The notes beneath the pieces were generated by a model. The model saw nothing but the letters and a program-made list of their open reading frames with translations. It ran no database searches and had not been told where the DNA came from. This document shows positions 1 through 12,652 of a DNA stretch of 64,000 nucleotides, piece after piece. This DNA comes from Dicyema japonicum (lineage: Eukaryota > Animalia > Dicyemida), in the NCBI GenBank assembly GCA_011109175.1, contig RDEW01000036.1, positions 65,583 through 129,582 of the forward strand. The letters are read 5' to 3'. The translations under genes and the position numbers were made by a program. Position 1 is the first letter of the stretch, and each line of letters begins with the position of its first letter.

Positions 1-2013
1 GTGATGGGAGATTTAACAAAGGAAACAATATCCTTAATAACAGCTAGGGATTTGTACCCAGTCTGTGAAAAGGAGAGTAAGGAGGATGGGAAATACTATA
101 GTTTGCTAGAAATTAAAGAGGCTGAGAGACTGCTAGCTAAGTTCACTCAGTTTGTTTGGGTAAAACATCTCAATTACTTCAAAATGTGCTGTCTTGTTTG
201 ACTCTAGATCACACTTTTTGTCGTTTACATCAAAAACTGAGGTAATGGCCCGTCGAGGAATACCCGAGAATCTCAGAGAAAGGATTTGGATGTTGCATTC
301 AGGGGCTGCCAGTAGACTTTACCTAAACAGAGGATATTATGAAGAGGCTGTAAAAATGGGAGAAACTGAAGTGAACTCGCTAGTTTTGTCAGAAATTGAG
401 AAGGATTTGCCTAGGTTTAGTTTTTTCTCTGATTTAAAGGACGATGCCTGACGTTGGCATCTTTTCTGGATCTGGGGAAGGGATCAAACCTTTGAGGCGA
501 ATTCTTATGGCCTTTGCTTGGCATAACAAGAAGATTGGGTACTGTCAAGCGATGAACTGTGTTGCGGCCATGTTGTTGTTGTTTTGTGGGGAGGAAAATT
601 CGTTTTGGTTACTCATTCAGCTGTGTGAGAGTCACGGAATGGATAGTTACTACTGTGGGGATGTTAGTGGAGGCGTGGTGGACTGCGGTATTTGGGGATT
701 CTCATATTTAGACGTTCTGAGAGATCTGATTATGCAATACATCCCCGCCTTGAAGGAATTTGCCTCTAAAAACAGTCTCGTGCCAATTTCTATTTCCTGG
801 TTCATGACTTTGTATACAAGGTTTGCTGAAATGTTGATTTCAGCGTTCTAGATCCCTTTTGTGCCGCTAGAATATTCGACTGTTTCTTCTGTGGTGAGGG
901 ACCTCTGGTTATGTTCCGTGTGGCTCTTCAGATCTACAAAAATTCCCTTGTTGACATTTCAAGTGACTTTGAACTGCCAGAAGCGTCACTGATTATGTCA
1001 AAATATCTAAAGAGGATCTCTTCGACGGATATGGGCCCAAATGTTTACTCATTTTGGTATTTCAGATGGTTCCAATTGACTCTTTAATGGAATCCGCTTT
1101 TTCGAATTTCCGTGATTTCACCGTCGACACGTTAGGTCAACTAAGAGCCAAATATGTTCACGTGAAGCTAAAAGTTTGTTTTTCTTTCTATTTAGAAAAA
1201 TTTCCAAGAAAACCTTAACTTAACAGTTCAGAGCGTGTCAAAATACCAAAATCAGCTTTTTCTGATGAAATGGTGTCGGATCTGCTGTTAATTACTAAAA
1301 ATGAGATTCTGAACATGCAGTCGTTCTCCTCCTGCCAAATCGGTTTGTGTGAGCTCGAACTTGTGATGGAACTTCCAGAGCTCCACTTTCGACTTGACTA
1401 TCCGGCATTTCAATATTTATTTGCTGAGCTTTCTTGTTGGTACAGTGGGAAAAATCCAGAATTGTTGTCTTATTTTCTATGGTCCCTGATTGAAGAAGAC
1501 AAACACGTGTCATTCCTTGACTTTGTGCTTGTCCTCAATGTGATTTTTGGCGACTGTGTGGCCGACAAATTGACATTATTCTACCAAATTCACCTCCTTC
1601 CTATGCCGGACTCTGAGGAACTAGGTTGAAGAGTGTGAGTCTACTATAGATTGTGAGGTAAGAAAGATGTGTCAGAAGTGGATACGGAGTGATTGTCGGA
1701 GTGAATTGAGTCTGAATGGGATGAGTCAGGTGTGTGCTTTTCTAATAAATAGGGAAAGTTGAATAGACTGGTGAATTCTCTGATGGATCTAATTTGTGGA
1801 CATGAGCTGGAAGCTGACTGTCAGTTAGGACTGCAGAATGTTACCATGCTTCTTGTGAATAAGTTGTATGCTATGAGTCCTCAATGTGATGTGGATTTGG
1901 ATTGTGGGGATGTGGTTGCCCATTTATTCACATGCGAATCACTCGTGGACTTTTTTAGTACCTCCATTTGTGATTTGAATATACGTTTAAGAGATTTGCT
2001 TGGATCATTATGA
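1..2013 (+). CDS. TBC-domain RabGAP with EF-hand-like C-terminal region (TBC1D8/TBC1D9-like); 5' end outside window
   Basis: Spliced translation gives RRGIPENLRERIW, EIEKDLPR/TMP, LRRILMAFAWHNKKIGYCQAMN, ISISWFMTLY, RIFDCFF and VMFRVAL, all TBC motifs. GT-AG introns of 22-25 nt, e.g. 186-207, 415-439, 688-711. One base appears missing at the A4 run 1240-1243. Confidence 0.88.
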
Positions 2014-2204
2014 GGATTTTTATTCTTAAATTATTTATTGACTATTTGAATAATTATACTGCACTTTACGGAGAGCTAAATTAGCTATAGATCCACCCAG
2101 GCAGGACACACACTTTATTTTAAGGATAGAACAGTTATTATAACTAATCGTAGAGGGAGAACTAAAGAATGATCTTCACTTCTTTCTTTTTGTTGAATGT
2201 GAGT

Positions 2205-2370
2205 CCTTTGGTGGACGATCCGGATCCGCAGTGAGATGCTCACTGATGACAACGTCACTCGTCAAACCAAAGCATATAGATGTGTGGAACCCTCAGCCGG
2301 AATGTACAGCATCGAGATTCGAACTAGGGCTATCAAGCCTTTTGCCCGGAACTCATTACATTGCACTGGA
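2205..2370 (-). repeat. tRNA-derived SINE-like relic with structured body
   Basis: Minus strand has a T-loop/B-box-like AGTTCGAATCTC and an imperfect acceptor-like pairing TACAGAA/TGCTGTA. The adjacent 2205-2270 segment forms nested stems (CTTTGGT/ACCAAAG, GACGA/TCGTC, CAGTGAG/CTCACTG). Confidence 0.35.
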
Positions 2371-2712
2371 GATTTCTGTATCCGTAGAACATCAAAATTA
2401 GCTTTTTATCACTAAAACAAACCAAGAGCATAAAATTCATTGCCTACGGCTATTCGGAATTTGTCATCGTTTATCGGACTGGAGCCTAAGCTATGGTAAA
2501 TCTTAGTGTGGATTTCTGAGATTGAACGAGGCGAAGGCACTGGAGAGGTGGATGGAGAATAATATTTTATTAATACACTAGTATTTACATAATATTTCTG
2601 ATAAATTGGACTGTAGTAACTGATTCTTTGTAAGCATCTTTCATTAAAATTCCTTTTTCATAAAAACTCTTAATTCGGAAATCAATTAGTTTTAAAATGC
2701 AAAAACTAACAG

Positions 2713-3230
2713 TCAACTACTGCTGGCTGCTCTCATAACTGAAAACTCATTTCTACTGACGATTTGCAAGGAGATGCGCTCAATGATCCAGCTCCCTTCT
2801 TTCCTATCATTTTTCTTCATTGCGATGAGCGAGCCGATCCTGTTTAGCAGGGTCAGTGACCTGCTTCCAATGATTCTTGTCGTTTCGATTGCCACTGGTT
2901 TGAAAATGAATTGTCCTTCAAGACATGCGTATTTTTTTATCTTTAGGGTCTCAGCCTTCTCCAAAGCAGAGCTTGGGTCAGTTGCTGTCGTTAAAAGGTT
3001 GGAGGGAAAAAGGATATCGACACAGGTGGCATCCCAGGCAAGATATTTACTACTCTCAAATGGGAACAGAGTGGTTCCGTCTTTGGTTGGCTAAAGCAAA
3101 TCCAAGCGGCTCCAATTAGACAGGAAATACGGCAGCCTCAAGTCTCCAAGCAATGACTCCATTGATTGCAGCGTGTCTAGGACTCCTTCAGCACTCTTCC
3201 GGCAGGAAAGAATACTGTGACTTGCTTCCA
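2713..3230 (-). mobile_element. CRE-clade non-LTR retrotransposon 3' fragment (RLE endonuclease domain)
   Basis: Frameshifted translation SCRKSA..RHAAINGVI..LEP..DGTTLFPF..LAWDATCVD..KIKKY..KPVAIET..IERISLQIV matches the zinc knuckle plus PD..D RLE C-terminus, and the longer copy at 29270-32110. Confidence 0.8.
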
Positions 3231-3829
3231 TGAAGCTTCTTAAAACCGAATATTAAAGATACTCTCCGATGTTGTACGGAAGATCTCGTTACTGTGTGCG
3301 AGTTGGTAATATTGGGTGAAAAAAGAGGCAGTTCTCAGGATATATGCGAGCCTATGTATGTTAATACTGCTTAGGTGAAAAATGAAGTATGTAGGTCAAG
3401 TAAGCATAAACAATCCCGAATTCTTTCAAATAGCTGTTGATTGTAGGGTAGAACTCTCCACATTGCATACACAATGATTGAGGTCCTAGGAATACAAGGT
3501 CTACGTCAGGGGCAGTAGCACTTCTAGACAGTAAAACAATGAATGATGTCATAACTTCCGAAAACTCATCATTGGAAAGTCCACAATTGGATATTTCAAA
3601 TTTATAATAATTTAATTACAAAACAGCTTCTGACAAAGCTGGAACCAATACCTCCAAATTGGGAAGACAGTATCTGACGATCCTCCAAGGAATGGATCAT
3701 CCAGATATAATAGGTCGAAGAAAGAGCAGGTAAGTTTGGTGATCTTTCGATTGCGAAAAAGGATAACAGGAGTCCTTACATGATGATACGTGATAACATA
3801 GATACTAAATTTCACAAAAAATAATTTAC

Positions 3830-4275
3830 ACGATTGAAACTGGATATAAATAATTGAAGCAGTTGAAGATTCCCTATATACATCGTCCTAAGAACACTCA
3901 TATATTTCAAAAACCAGAAACCAGATTTTATTAATTTAAAGGAATATTCTCAAATGAAGTATATGTTCTTCTATTGTACTTTTTTATATAAATAATGAAA
4001 AAGGTAACCAGAATTCCAATAATTACACATACGGAAATTACTATAGAATTGATTGCTAAATTTAAGTAATTTATTTCGCATTACCTTTTCGTGACTTATG
4101 AATTGCAGTTGGCTTACTCGATGATTTCATATCATGTACTTTTAATTTATGAAGTTTACGATCTGGTGATTCATTGAAAATTACTTTCTCTATTAATTCT
4201 TTCATTTTTCTTCATTTCTTTATATTTGGCATCAGCAACTTTACAATCGATTTCTAAATCTCAGTTAATTTTCAA
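3830..4275 (-). repeat. Copy 1 of a ~450 bp direct duplication; degenerate exons of a single-pass membrane protein
   Basis: Aligns by eye with 5900-6355. Minus strand encodes ISVCVIIGILVTFFIIYIKK after a 29-nt GT-AG intron. Confidence 0.7.
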
Positions 4276-4785
4276 ATTACCGTTTCCAGTAAATTTAGGA
4301 TTATTATTATATTTGTGTAATTGTATTTTCATTTCAGAGACTTGGACGAATTATAGAAGTCATATTATTTTTATTCAATTTAATTTCAGCAACTTGATCA
4401 TAATATAATCTTTCGAAGCTAATATCCGCATTGTTAAAATTTTCATGCACCTTTTATTAATTCAAGAAATTTATTTATAACAATAAAATCGTTCTAAAGT
4501 CCAGCGGATATGATCGAGTGTTTTTTTCAACAATATACGTAGGAATATCATCATTCATTATTAATGAAATAGTATATTCACTCATTATTGATTTATCAAC
4601 GATTAAACTGGAAAATATTACTAATTTTATTTTATTTTCAAAACATATAATTGGAGCATTCTCACAGTCTGTGTTCTAATAAATAGATTTTAAATTTTAT
4701 TTTTTTTTTACTTTTTTTTAAAACAAAAAATTTTTTAACAGTTTAAAAAAAGGAAATAGCTGTTTCTTTCAATGTGAAACTCTCC

Positions 4786-5430
4786 TCATTGCAAATACAG
4801 TGATTGAGGTCCAACGAATTCAAGGTCTTGTAGTCTTTCTTTAGCATGTTCGACATTTACGTCCCTAGATGCGACAACTATGTCATCGGCATAGGAAAGT
4901 AGCATGTCATTATTATTCATAGGTACGGGGAGATCACTCAAAAATAAATTAAAAAGGATTGGTGACAGAGAAGATCCTTGGGGTACACCATTGGGTGATA
5001 ATCCCGATCTGGAACTCTTGTTTCCGACGGACACTTTCCCTCGGCGTCCACTTACGAAATTTGCTAACCATAACTTTAGTGGTGCATCTATTTTTGTCAA
5101 AAATATTTTTTGTGTGAGGATCTTCCTTGGGACAAAATCGAAAGTTCTTTAAATGTCGATCGTACATATGACCGATTTTTCCTGTTTTGGCTTGTTCTTG
5201 TGTCCTTCAGTTATGAACTTCATTAATGTTGTTAGGAAGGAGGTTGTTGATAATTCTTCCTTGAAGCCATGTTGGAATGTAGGTTGTGGGAGAGAAGGGC
5301 GAATAACTTTTAGGACCAGTTTCTCCAGGATCTCGACAAAACACATATAAGGGAAACTGGTCTGTAAGAGCCGGGATCGTTCTTCGGTCTTCCCGGTTTC
5401 AATATTGGACGAATTTTTGATAGTTTCCAT
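4786..5430 (-). mobile_element. Ingi/Jockey-like LINE reverse transcriptase fragment
   Basis: ORFs contain LEKLVL, QHGFK..STT, ICTIDI, GVPQGSSLSPILFN and LSYADD. Confidence 0.9.
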
Positions 5431-5899
5431 AAAGTCGGTATGGTATTTATGTTCAGCGATGTGTTGTAGATGATTGTTAATGCATTTATTGATGCTCTTA
5501 TGAACTATTCAATAATAGAATAAAAACTGTCATACAGCGTCCTTTCAGAGTCCGTTGTGATCGGGACGTAATACAGAATAGTTTTATAATGAAGAGTCTT
5601 GGATTTTGATGTAAGCTTTGCTTTTTGGATAAAGGTATCGTCCACAAAATTATTCTCAAAAAGTATGTAAATCAACACATTTTTTGGAAAGTCTGTTTAT
5701 GTTCAATTAGGACATCTTTAACTTTCGCTAAAATGATTCCGGTATGGTGATAGGTTCAAAATCACCACATCTGATTAAAAAATCTGGAAAACGGTAACTT
5801 GAAGCTCGTCCAGTAGCTAATACGTGCAAAATATTTGGTAGTCGATTGGTAAAGGAAATAAGTTGGGTCTGACTACAAGTTCTACAAAAAATTTAGACG

Positions 5900-6355
5900 G
5901 TTGAAACTGGATAGAAATATGAACCATTTGAAGATTACCAATGTACATCGTCCTAAGTACACTCGTATATTTAAAAACCAGAAACCAGATTTTATTAATT
6001 TAAAAAATAATCTCTAATTAATTTAAAGGAATATTTTCTGATGATGTTCTTCTATTGTACTTTTTGATATAAATAATCAAAAAGTAACCAGAATTCCAAT
6101 AATTACAAAATACGGAAATTACTATATAATTGTTTGCTAAATTTAAGTAATTTAATTCGCATTACATTTTCGTGACTTATGAATTGTTGTTGGCTTACTT
6201 GATGTTTTTATTTCTTTTTCTTTAATTTATAAAGTTTATGATCTAGTAATAATTAAAAAATTACTTTCTCTATTAATTTCTTCATTTTTCTCCATTTCTT
6301 TATATTTACCATCGGCAACTTTACAATCGATTTCTAAATTTCAGTTAATTTTAAA
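5900..6355 (-). repeat. Copy 2 of the ~450 bp direct duplication
   Basis: Shares long blocks with 3830-4275, e.g. AAAAACCAGAAACCAGATTTTATTAATTTAAA and GTAACCAGAATTCCAATAATTAC. Confidence 0.7.
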
Positions 6356-7365
6356 AGGATGTCAAATTTTGAGTTAAATTTACTGTGCTAAATCACATGT
6401 AGACGACATTATCAGGGCCCATGATTTAAGACGCCTTGTAAATGGATGAAGTCTGGAGAGTTAAAGTTTTTAACTTCAGTTGAAATTATGCATTAAACTC
6501 GCACATGGATTGGATTTAGTATCTGAAATTGATGACGAATACGAAAGAAAAACGAGAAGAATCGGTGATTTATTACATTGCTTGTGGAAACTCGCATTGT
6601 AATTGGGGCTTTTTACGGAGAAGAGACATACGGTGTCTCATAAGAGTGCCCCGATATAGACGACCCCAAATCTTGGCTTTCCTCTTTAGTTAATGGCTCT
6701 TACTTTTTTTAGTTAGTTGGGGTTTTGCGAATAAATCATGTTATCTGTTATCTGAGTTAAATTTACTTTAAATAAAAAAAACAACAGCTTTATGGTCACT
6801 AGATAAAAGTGTGCCTCCGTAAGATCATGAGTCCATTATTTTAAATTTAAGATTACGGCGACAGATTATGCAATCTATCTGATTGTAGATGGGAACTGTC
6901 TCCCCATTCTTTTCCCCACCCAAGGAGTCATGTGTCTCATCGGATGTTTGAATGTCGTGGTACACTGAAAAAGGTCAAATGCACGACAGAAGTCAGCCAG
7001 AGCAGCACCATTAAGATTACTCATTCCTCTGCTGAGCTCCAGTGAAAATTACATCTCTACGAATTGTTACCACTTTTGCGTTTCAATCTCCTGCAAGGAT
7101 TAGAATTTTAATCAGCTCTTGAATAAAAATTGGAATCCGCTGATATTCACCTTTCTTACTTTCGAGACGAGAGTATCTTGTATGTTTTTCCGTTATTCAC
7201 ATTTGGCAGTGTTCTAAAAGAATTCCGAAACAAATGAATAATCAAGCTCATCAAAATTTTATCTTTCTGAAGTGACACAATTTTTAATTGGATTTTACAT
7301 TTCAATTCGTGTTTTTGTTTCTTTAGAAAGGAGTCATAAGCACACTGCAATTAATTTCGAAATAT

Positions 7366-7465
7366 CACCCAGATGGTTGAGTGGCCTTGAAACGCTGTTC
7401 TTCCAATACACTAATAACACTGTGTATTGAAGAACAGCGTTACACTAATTGTTCTCGAATCTCAC
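7366..7465 (+). other. tRNA-like relic interrupted by a 20-bp fold-back hairpin
   Basis: A-box-like AGATGGTTGAGTGG at 7371. Inverted repeat 7391-7411/7422-7441 with one bulge and a 10-nt loop. B-box-like GTTCTCGAATC at 7451. Confidence 0.4.
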
Positions 7466-8099
7466 TGCACGCTTATGATGAAATTTTCTTAATTGCTTAG
7501 ATTTGGATAAAAAGCTCATCGATTTGATGAGAACATACTTTAGAAAGTTTTTATACGCTTATTGTCTAAAGAGAAGCAAGCTTCTTCTGGCGGAGATTTT
7601 TTCCTTTTGTGTTTGCTCTTTAAAGAAGTGGCTAAATATGGCTACCTATTCCGGTGGATGCCTTTTTAAATGGTCCTTGACATATTGGAAAAACGAATGA
7701 CACAAAAATTCACTGAGTTGATGGTCATAAAAGCCCGGTTGAGTACAACGGAGTTTTGTTCACCAAAAAACTTTGTGGTGTTTCGTAGCTCATAACCTAA
7801 ATTTTCACTTTTAAAAACATTCTCATCAGTTTAATATGCAATGGAAAGATTCACAGACATAACTACAACTGAGATTGTTAAACCAACTATGTTTTTCGTA
7901 GCAAATATAAAATTCGTTGAGTATAATTCACACAGCCATCACGATGATTTATCTTATCTTCCACTACCACCCTCGTCGTTACAATCAGTCTGTTCAGATC
8001 ATTTAGGTCGTTTCTCAGTTTTTCTTCCCAAAGCGTAGTTACCATCAAAAACTCAAGGAAACATTATTTGCAAACATTCATAGAATTGTCCCAGTAAGT

Positions 8100-10070
8100 C
8101 TGATATTTTGTATAACATTAGTGTTTTTTAGGAAGATTCTCTTTGACGACCAGGAGAGATACGACGTATCTATTGGGTGCTACAAGAGACGAAAGTTACT
8201 TGTAGCCTTGATGAAATTATGGCGAATATCGAATTATATGTCAGCCGAGCGACTCAAAATATTATGGACTTGGATTTGCCATCCACTCAAAGTTGACAAG
8301 TGCAGTCCACCGTATATGGAGTGTGAATGACAGGATCTGTGTTATACAAATTCGTTTAAACGACTTACCTCCTTCGAGAAGCTCTCTGACAATTATAAAT
8401 GTTTATGCGCCACACTGCGGGAGAGTAGCGAAGGATCCGACAAAACTATACGACTTCTATTCAGCACTGTTACGGACGTACAAAGAATATACGTCGTCAT
8501 CACTAATACTTATTGCTGAGGATTTGAATGTGAAAATTGGGATGAAGAATAACCCGGATGACGTTTTCTTGGGAGAACATGGACGTGAAATAAGAAACCT
8601 AGCCGGGACAATGCTTGGTCACTTTTGTATGGCAAACAACCTTTTCCTATGCAATACTGCATTTACGCATCCTGCCTGCCACAAAACTACGTGGATGGGG
8701 AAGCGAAGGAACTCAGAAGGAAAGCTGGTCCCAATATACAACCAAATCGATTATGTCATATGCCGGAAAGACAAACACCTTCTAGTAAACGCACGTTCAT
8801 ATGAAGGCTCGACGACTGTCAGCGACCACAAGATGGTTATTGCGACCTTCACCCTGAAAAAACATGCCATTAAATACAGAATGCAAAAAATCACGAATTT
8901 GAGAAAATCAGAGGCGACTACGCGACTGAAAGGCTGATTTCTCATCCGGAGAGTATTGAGAGATATCAACAATACATTCAGACTCATATGCAGGACGTAT
9001 TGGTGGATACTACGTTAGAAGACGCCTGGAAACGCAGAAAGGATACCATCTACGAATCTGCTGAAGCATGTTTGGCAAAAGGGAGAATAGTAAAATCCAC
9101 CTGAAGGCTATTCATCCAGATGTTCCTGAGCTTGCGAAAAGTCTAAAAGAAATAAATATGAGAAAATCAAATGTCACTGACGCTAATACGGGAAAAACCC
9201 TTCAGGGCGAAAGACAACGTGTCAGAAGAAAAATAAAAAGTCTGAACAAGAAGAAGTGATCTACGCGGACGATGTAGACCTAATTTCTGAAGACAAAAAG
9301 GTCGTGGAAAACCTATTAGAAAAAGCACCAGATGTACTATGGAAATGGTTTCTTACTGTGAACAGAGAGAAAACAGAACTCAGAGATAAGAAGGATGAGT
9401 AACGCCCCAGAAGAGAAGTGGCGACAATTAAAGAAACTCGGTTTACTTATGGGAGATAGCGAAGATATTCTAGGAAAATTCTAAGCTATGCTGCGTTATA
9501 TAAACTAAAGAATCTATGGCTCAATCAAAGAGGTATCAACACGAAAATGAGAATCTTATTATACGACTCATTCATAAAACCCGTACTTTTATATAACGCT
9601 GGAACTTGGGCGACCTCATCAGTGGATATGGAAAGACTAGACTCGTTCCACAGAGGTCAGCTGAGAAAAATAACAGGAACTACTTGGCCTACGAGAATAT
9701 CGAGAAATGCTCAATATAAGAGATGCAGCACTAGACCTATCAGTTTAGAAGTACTGGAATCCCGATGGAAGCTCTTCGGACACGTGCTGAGGATGGAATT
9801 AACATCCCCACCAAACATATATATGGAAACATACTATGTTAGTCAAGAAGGCCGCTATCGTGGAAGACCTAGAACAACACTGCCAATAGTTTTACAAAAG
9901 ACCTGGTTAATATTATAATAAATTTAAAAACTGCCGACGACCTTGACACTATGAGAGCCTTTGCTAGAACAGGGGAGCATGGAAAAGGATGACATCTAAC
10001 ATTGTTTCTTTTGCTGCACGTCGGGGCTATAAGTAGTATGGCTCTCGTGAAGTGCTTAAATAAAATAAAT
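8100..10070 (+). mobile_element. RTE-clade LINE, internally deleted (APE endonuclease, then RT 3' half)
   Basis: QETK-like start, IINVYAPH, EDLNVKIG, NTAF.H, NQIDYVI and SDHKMV (APE). Sequence then jumps to IYADDVD, IKPVLLYNAGTW, RWKLFGHVLR and GRPRTTLP, and ends in an A-rich tail. Confidence 0.9.
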
Positions 10071-10188
10071 TAGTGATTTATGATGTCATTTAAAATTAAA
10101 TTTTACATCACTGAAATGTCAAAAATAATTTTAGGTGATGAAAACACGCAATTATTTTATATTTATGGCGATTTTATAAAATCAGAAA

Positions 10189-10817
10189 ATGTTCGGATTA
10201 GATTTATCGCATTCTATACTAGAATTAGAATTTGGGATTGATTTTGCTACTTTCCCTAAGTCTGGGACGTACTGCTTTCGGTTGGAAATAAAACGTAGTC
10301 GCGAACCTATTCCTCCGGAGGTCCACGTCACAGCCAACAAAGGTCCTCTCTTCGTGTTGAAGCAAAATTTTGTGGAATCAAAACCGGAGTACTTTGAAGG
10401 AAACAGATCAACACCAATTTACGACTTTTTTAGTTTTCTACTACCACGTGGTTGCTTTAAATCAGCAACTATATAGGATTTATTGGAAAGGAGATTTGGG
10501 ATGACTGTTTTATGATAATCTCAGTTTTTGAAGAAACTAACAATGGCCGTGATCTAGTGGGAGCCTGTACACTGCCAATTTGGCCCACGTGGATGCCTCA
10601 GTACGTCACAAATTGCCTGTGCCACTCACATGACATTTACATTCACTCTGGTAGGAATAGATTAATTTTAGGGAACAAAATTGTTCCATTTGTTAAAACA
10701 AGGATCGGATTCTGTTGTCAGCTAAATCACGTGATAGCCCTCAGGGAGGTGAAATATGGAGTTTGGATGGGATTCAGTATTGACGAGGGAACATTTATGA
10801 CTTTAAAGAAATATTAG
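10189..10817 (+). CDS. CCDC33-like N-terminal C2-domain protein (short)
   Basis: LELEFGIDFATFPKSGTYCFRLE, FFSFLLPRG and LVGACTLPIWP resemble the recalled CCDC33 N-terminus (LDLEF..GRYALRL, FIFTLPKG, VGEAIFPIYP). Introns of 26 and 21 nt. Confidence 0.55.
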
Positions 10818-10996
10818 AAAATCGGAAAAGTGCATTAATTTGACGAATAATATAATTTTAATTATTAATTACTTATATAAAAAAGAATAAATTATTATTT
10901 GGTTAACCTATTATAAAATACAGAATTTATATCAATTCGTAAAATGTGGCCGCACTTTGCTTTGTTGTGCTTTTATATATTATAATCTAGTGATTA

Positions 10997-12271
10997 ATGG
11001 AGAACGATCGAGACGTCGATAAATACAAAATCAAGGATTTTCCACTCAAATTCAGCGTAACTTTAATAATGACGTAGGTCATTAATAGATCAGCCACGAT
11101 TCTAGCCCAGATAATACAGAAAATGTAACTTTTACCCTTAAATCAAGTCCCTAACGGTCAAATTCCTCAAATTTCACGTGGTCTATTAAATCTATCTAAC
11201 ACAGTAAGGAAACCTAATTATTTTAGTGCTACATGAACTCTGTCCTACAGTGCTTGGCCAACACTCCCAATCTGGCTAAGGAGTGTCTTAGTCGTGCGGA
11301 TACTGACGGTTTATCAAATTCCTTGTGCGACTGTTTGTGCTCATAGTCACTCCTAGCTTTCTGTGAGGTCGTCAATGAACTATGGTCGGACTTGAAGACT
11401 ACGGCATTTAGCCCTCGTGACTTCAAGATGGTGGTAAACAGTCGATTGCACAAATTCTTCGGATACCGCCAGCACGACTCACACGAATTTCTCACGGCTC
11501 TCCTCGTGTACCTATCCGAACCAAAAGAGACCACGTTGACGACCCAATTTATCCTTAGTGAGGTAAATGGGTCAAAGTCTCCTAAACTGCTCGCTATCCG
11601 AGATTTTTACGGTGAAGTATTCCGTACAATGCACTGCAAGGCCTGTGACAATGTTCTGACGATGACTGAGGAAATGTGGAGCTTCACTATCCCACTTAGC
11701 ATTGGAGAGGTAATCACGAATGTTGATTGTTGCAGAATCACGACATTGTTGAACTTTTACGGCATGAAATGGCCCCAGAGAGGATGACGAGTGAAAACTT
11801 ACCTGTCTTCAGTGATTATTATCGTAGTACTGCGACAAATGTAAGAAGAGGACTAACTCTGAGTTCAGTTGGATTATTAAACGGTCCCCAAAATATCTGA
11901 TATTCCGTGAGTTATTTGTCTTCATATTTAGACCTTCTGCGTTTCACGGGTCCTCCTTCCAACAGTAAAATAAACTCAAAGTCAACTTTAAACTGAACAA
12001 TCTTGACTTAGTGAGTTTGTGGGTAGTTTGGTGGTTTTGAGAGAAGGTGGTTTTGACTGCCAATATAATCTGTATGGAGTTATCAACCACTATGGATCTC
12101 TCAATTCTGGACACTACACTGCGTTCTGTCGATCCACAAGAAGAAAAGATATGTGGTTTTTAATGAACGACTCGAGGTTGATTGTGAGGTGTATTGGAGT
12201 GTCTCCTTTTGTCCTTCGTCTAGTGTAGTGACTAATGCGGCATATCTACTTTTTATGAAAAGATTGATTAA
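10997..12271 (+). CDS. Ubiquitin-specific protease (peptidase C19, USP2/8-like catalytic domain)
   Basis: Cys box GLLNLSNT/CYMNSVLQCL, QHDSHEFL, zinc-finger CKAC and CDKC, HLLRF, His box YGVINHYGSLNSGHYTAFCR, W..MNDS and AYLLF. At least 7 micro-introns. The 5' exon structure is unresolved. Confidence 0.9.
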
Positions 12272-12652
12272 TGAGTTGTTTATGATAACTGACTTGTGTA
12301 ATTTGATTATTGATTACTTTACTGCTTAGTAACTGTAATAGATTAGTTTTGTTATTTATGGTAACATTTATATGAGGTTGTTTTGTTCATATATACTTGA
12401 TCTTGTGCTTTACTGGAACAGGGTTAATTCCTGTTTGTCATATATATAAGGATTGACCTAATTTTGCTATTTCGTATAGTGAAACCCACAAATATTTTTC
12501 TGTTGCTATCGTGAGAAGTGACAGATCTTGTTGGCGGGGCTAACGTTTGTATGGAAATGCACTCAGTCATAATGTTTTTCTAAAAGATCAGCTGGTTGTA
12601 TGATGCAAGTCAATATCTGCGTAATAATGATTAAGTTTGTAATAAAATAACG

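Noticed and set aside
2360-2395. Weak similarity to antisense LSU rRNA and to the U1 loop II ATTGCAC
   Set aside because: Too short, with no U1 5' ACTTACC and no flanking rRNA. It is better explained as a tRNA-like relic.
4965-4975. ACAGAGAAGAT, resembling the U6 snRNA box
   Set aside because: It is the antisense of the RT motif QGSSLSP and has no other U6 sequence around it.
11965-11981. 17-nt GT-AG intron as a fix for the USP frameshift
   Set aside because: It restores frame but deletes the conserved K....V.F segment and is shorter than every other intron. A missing A fits homology better, though the intron is not excluded without cDNA.
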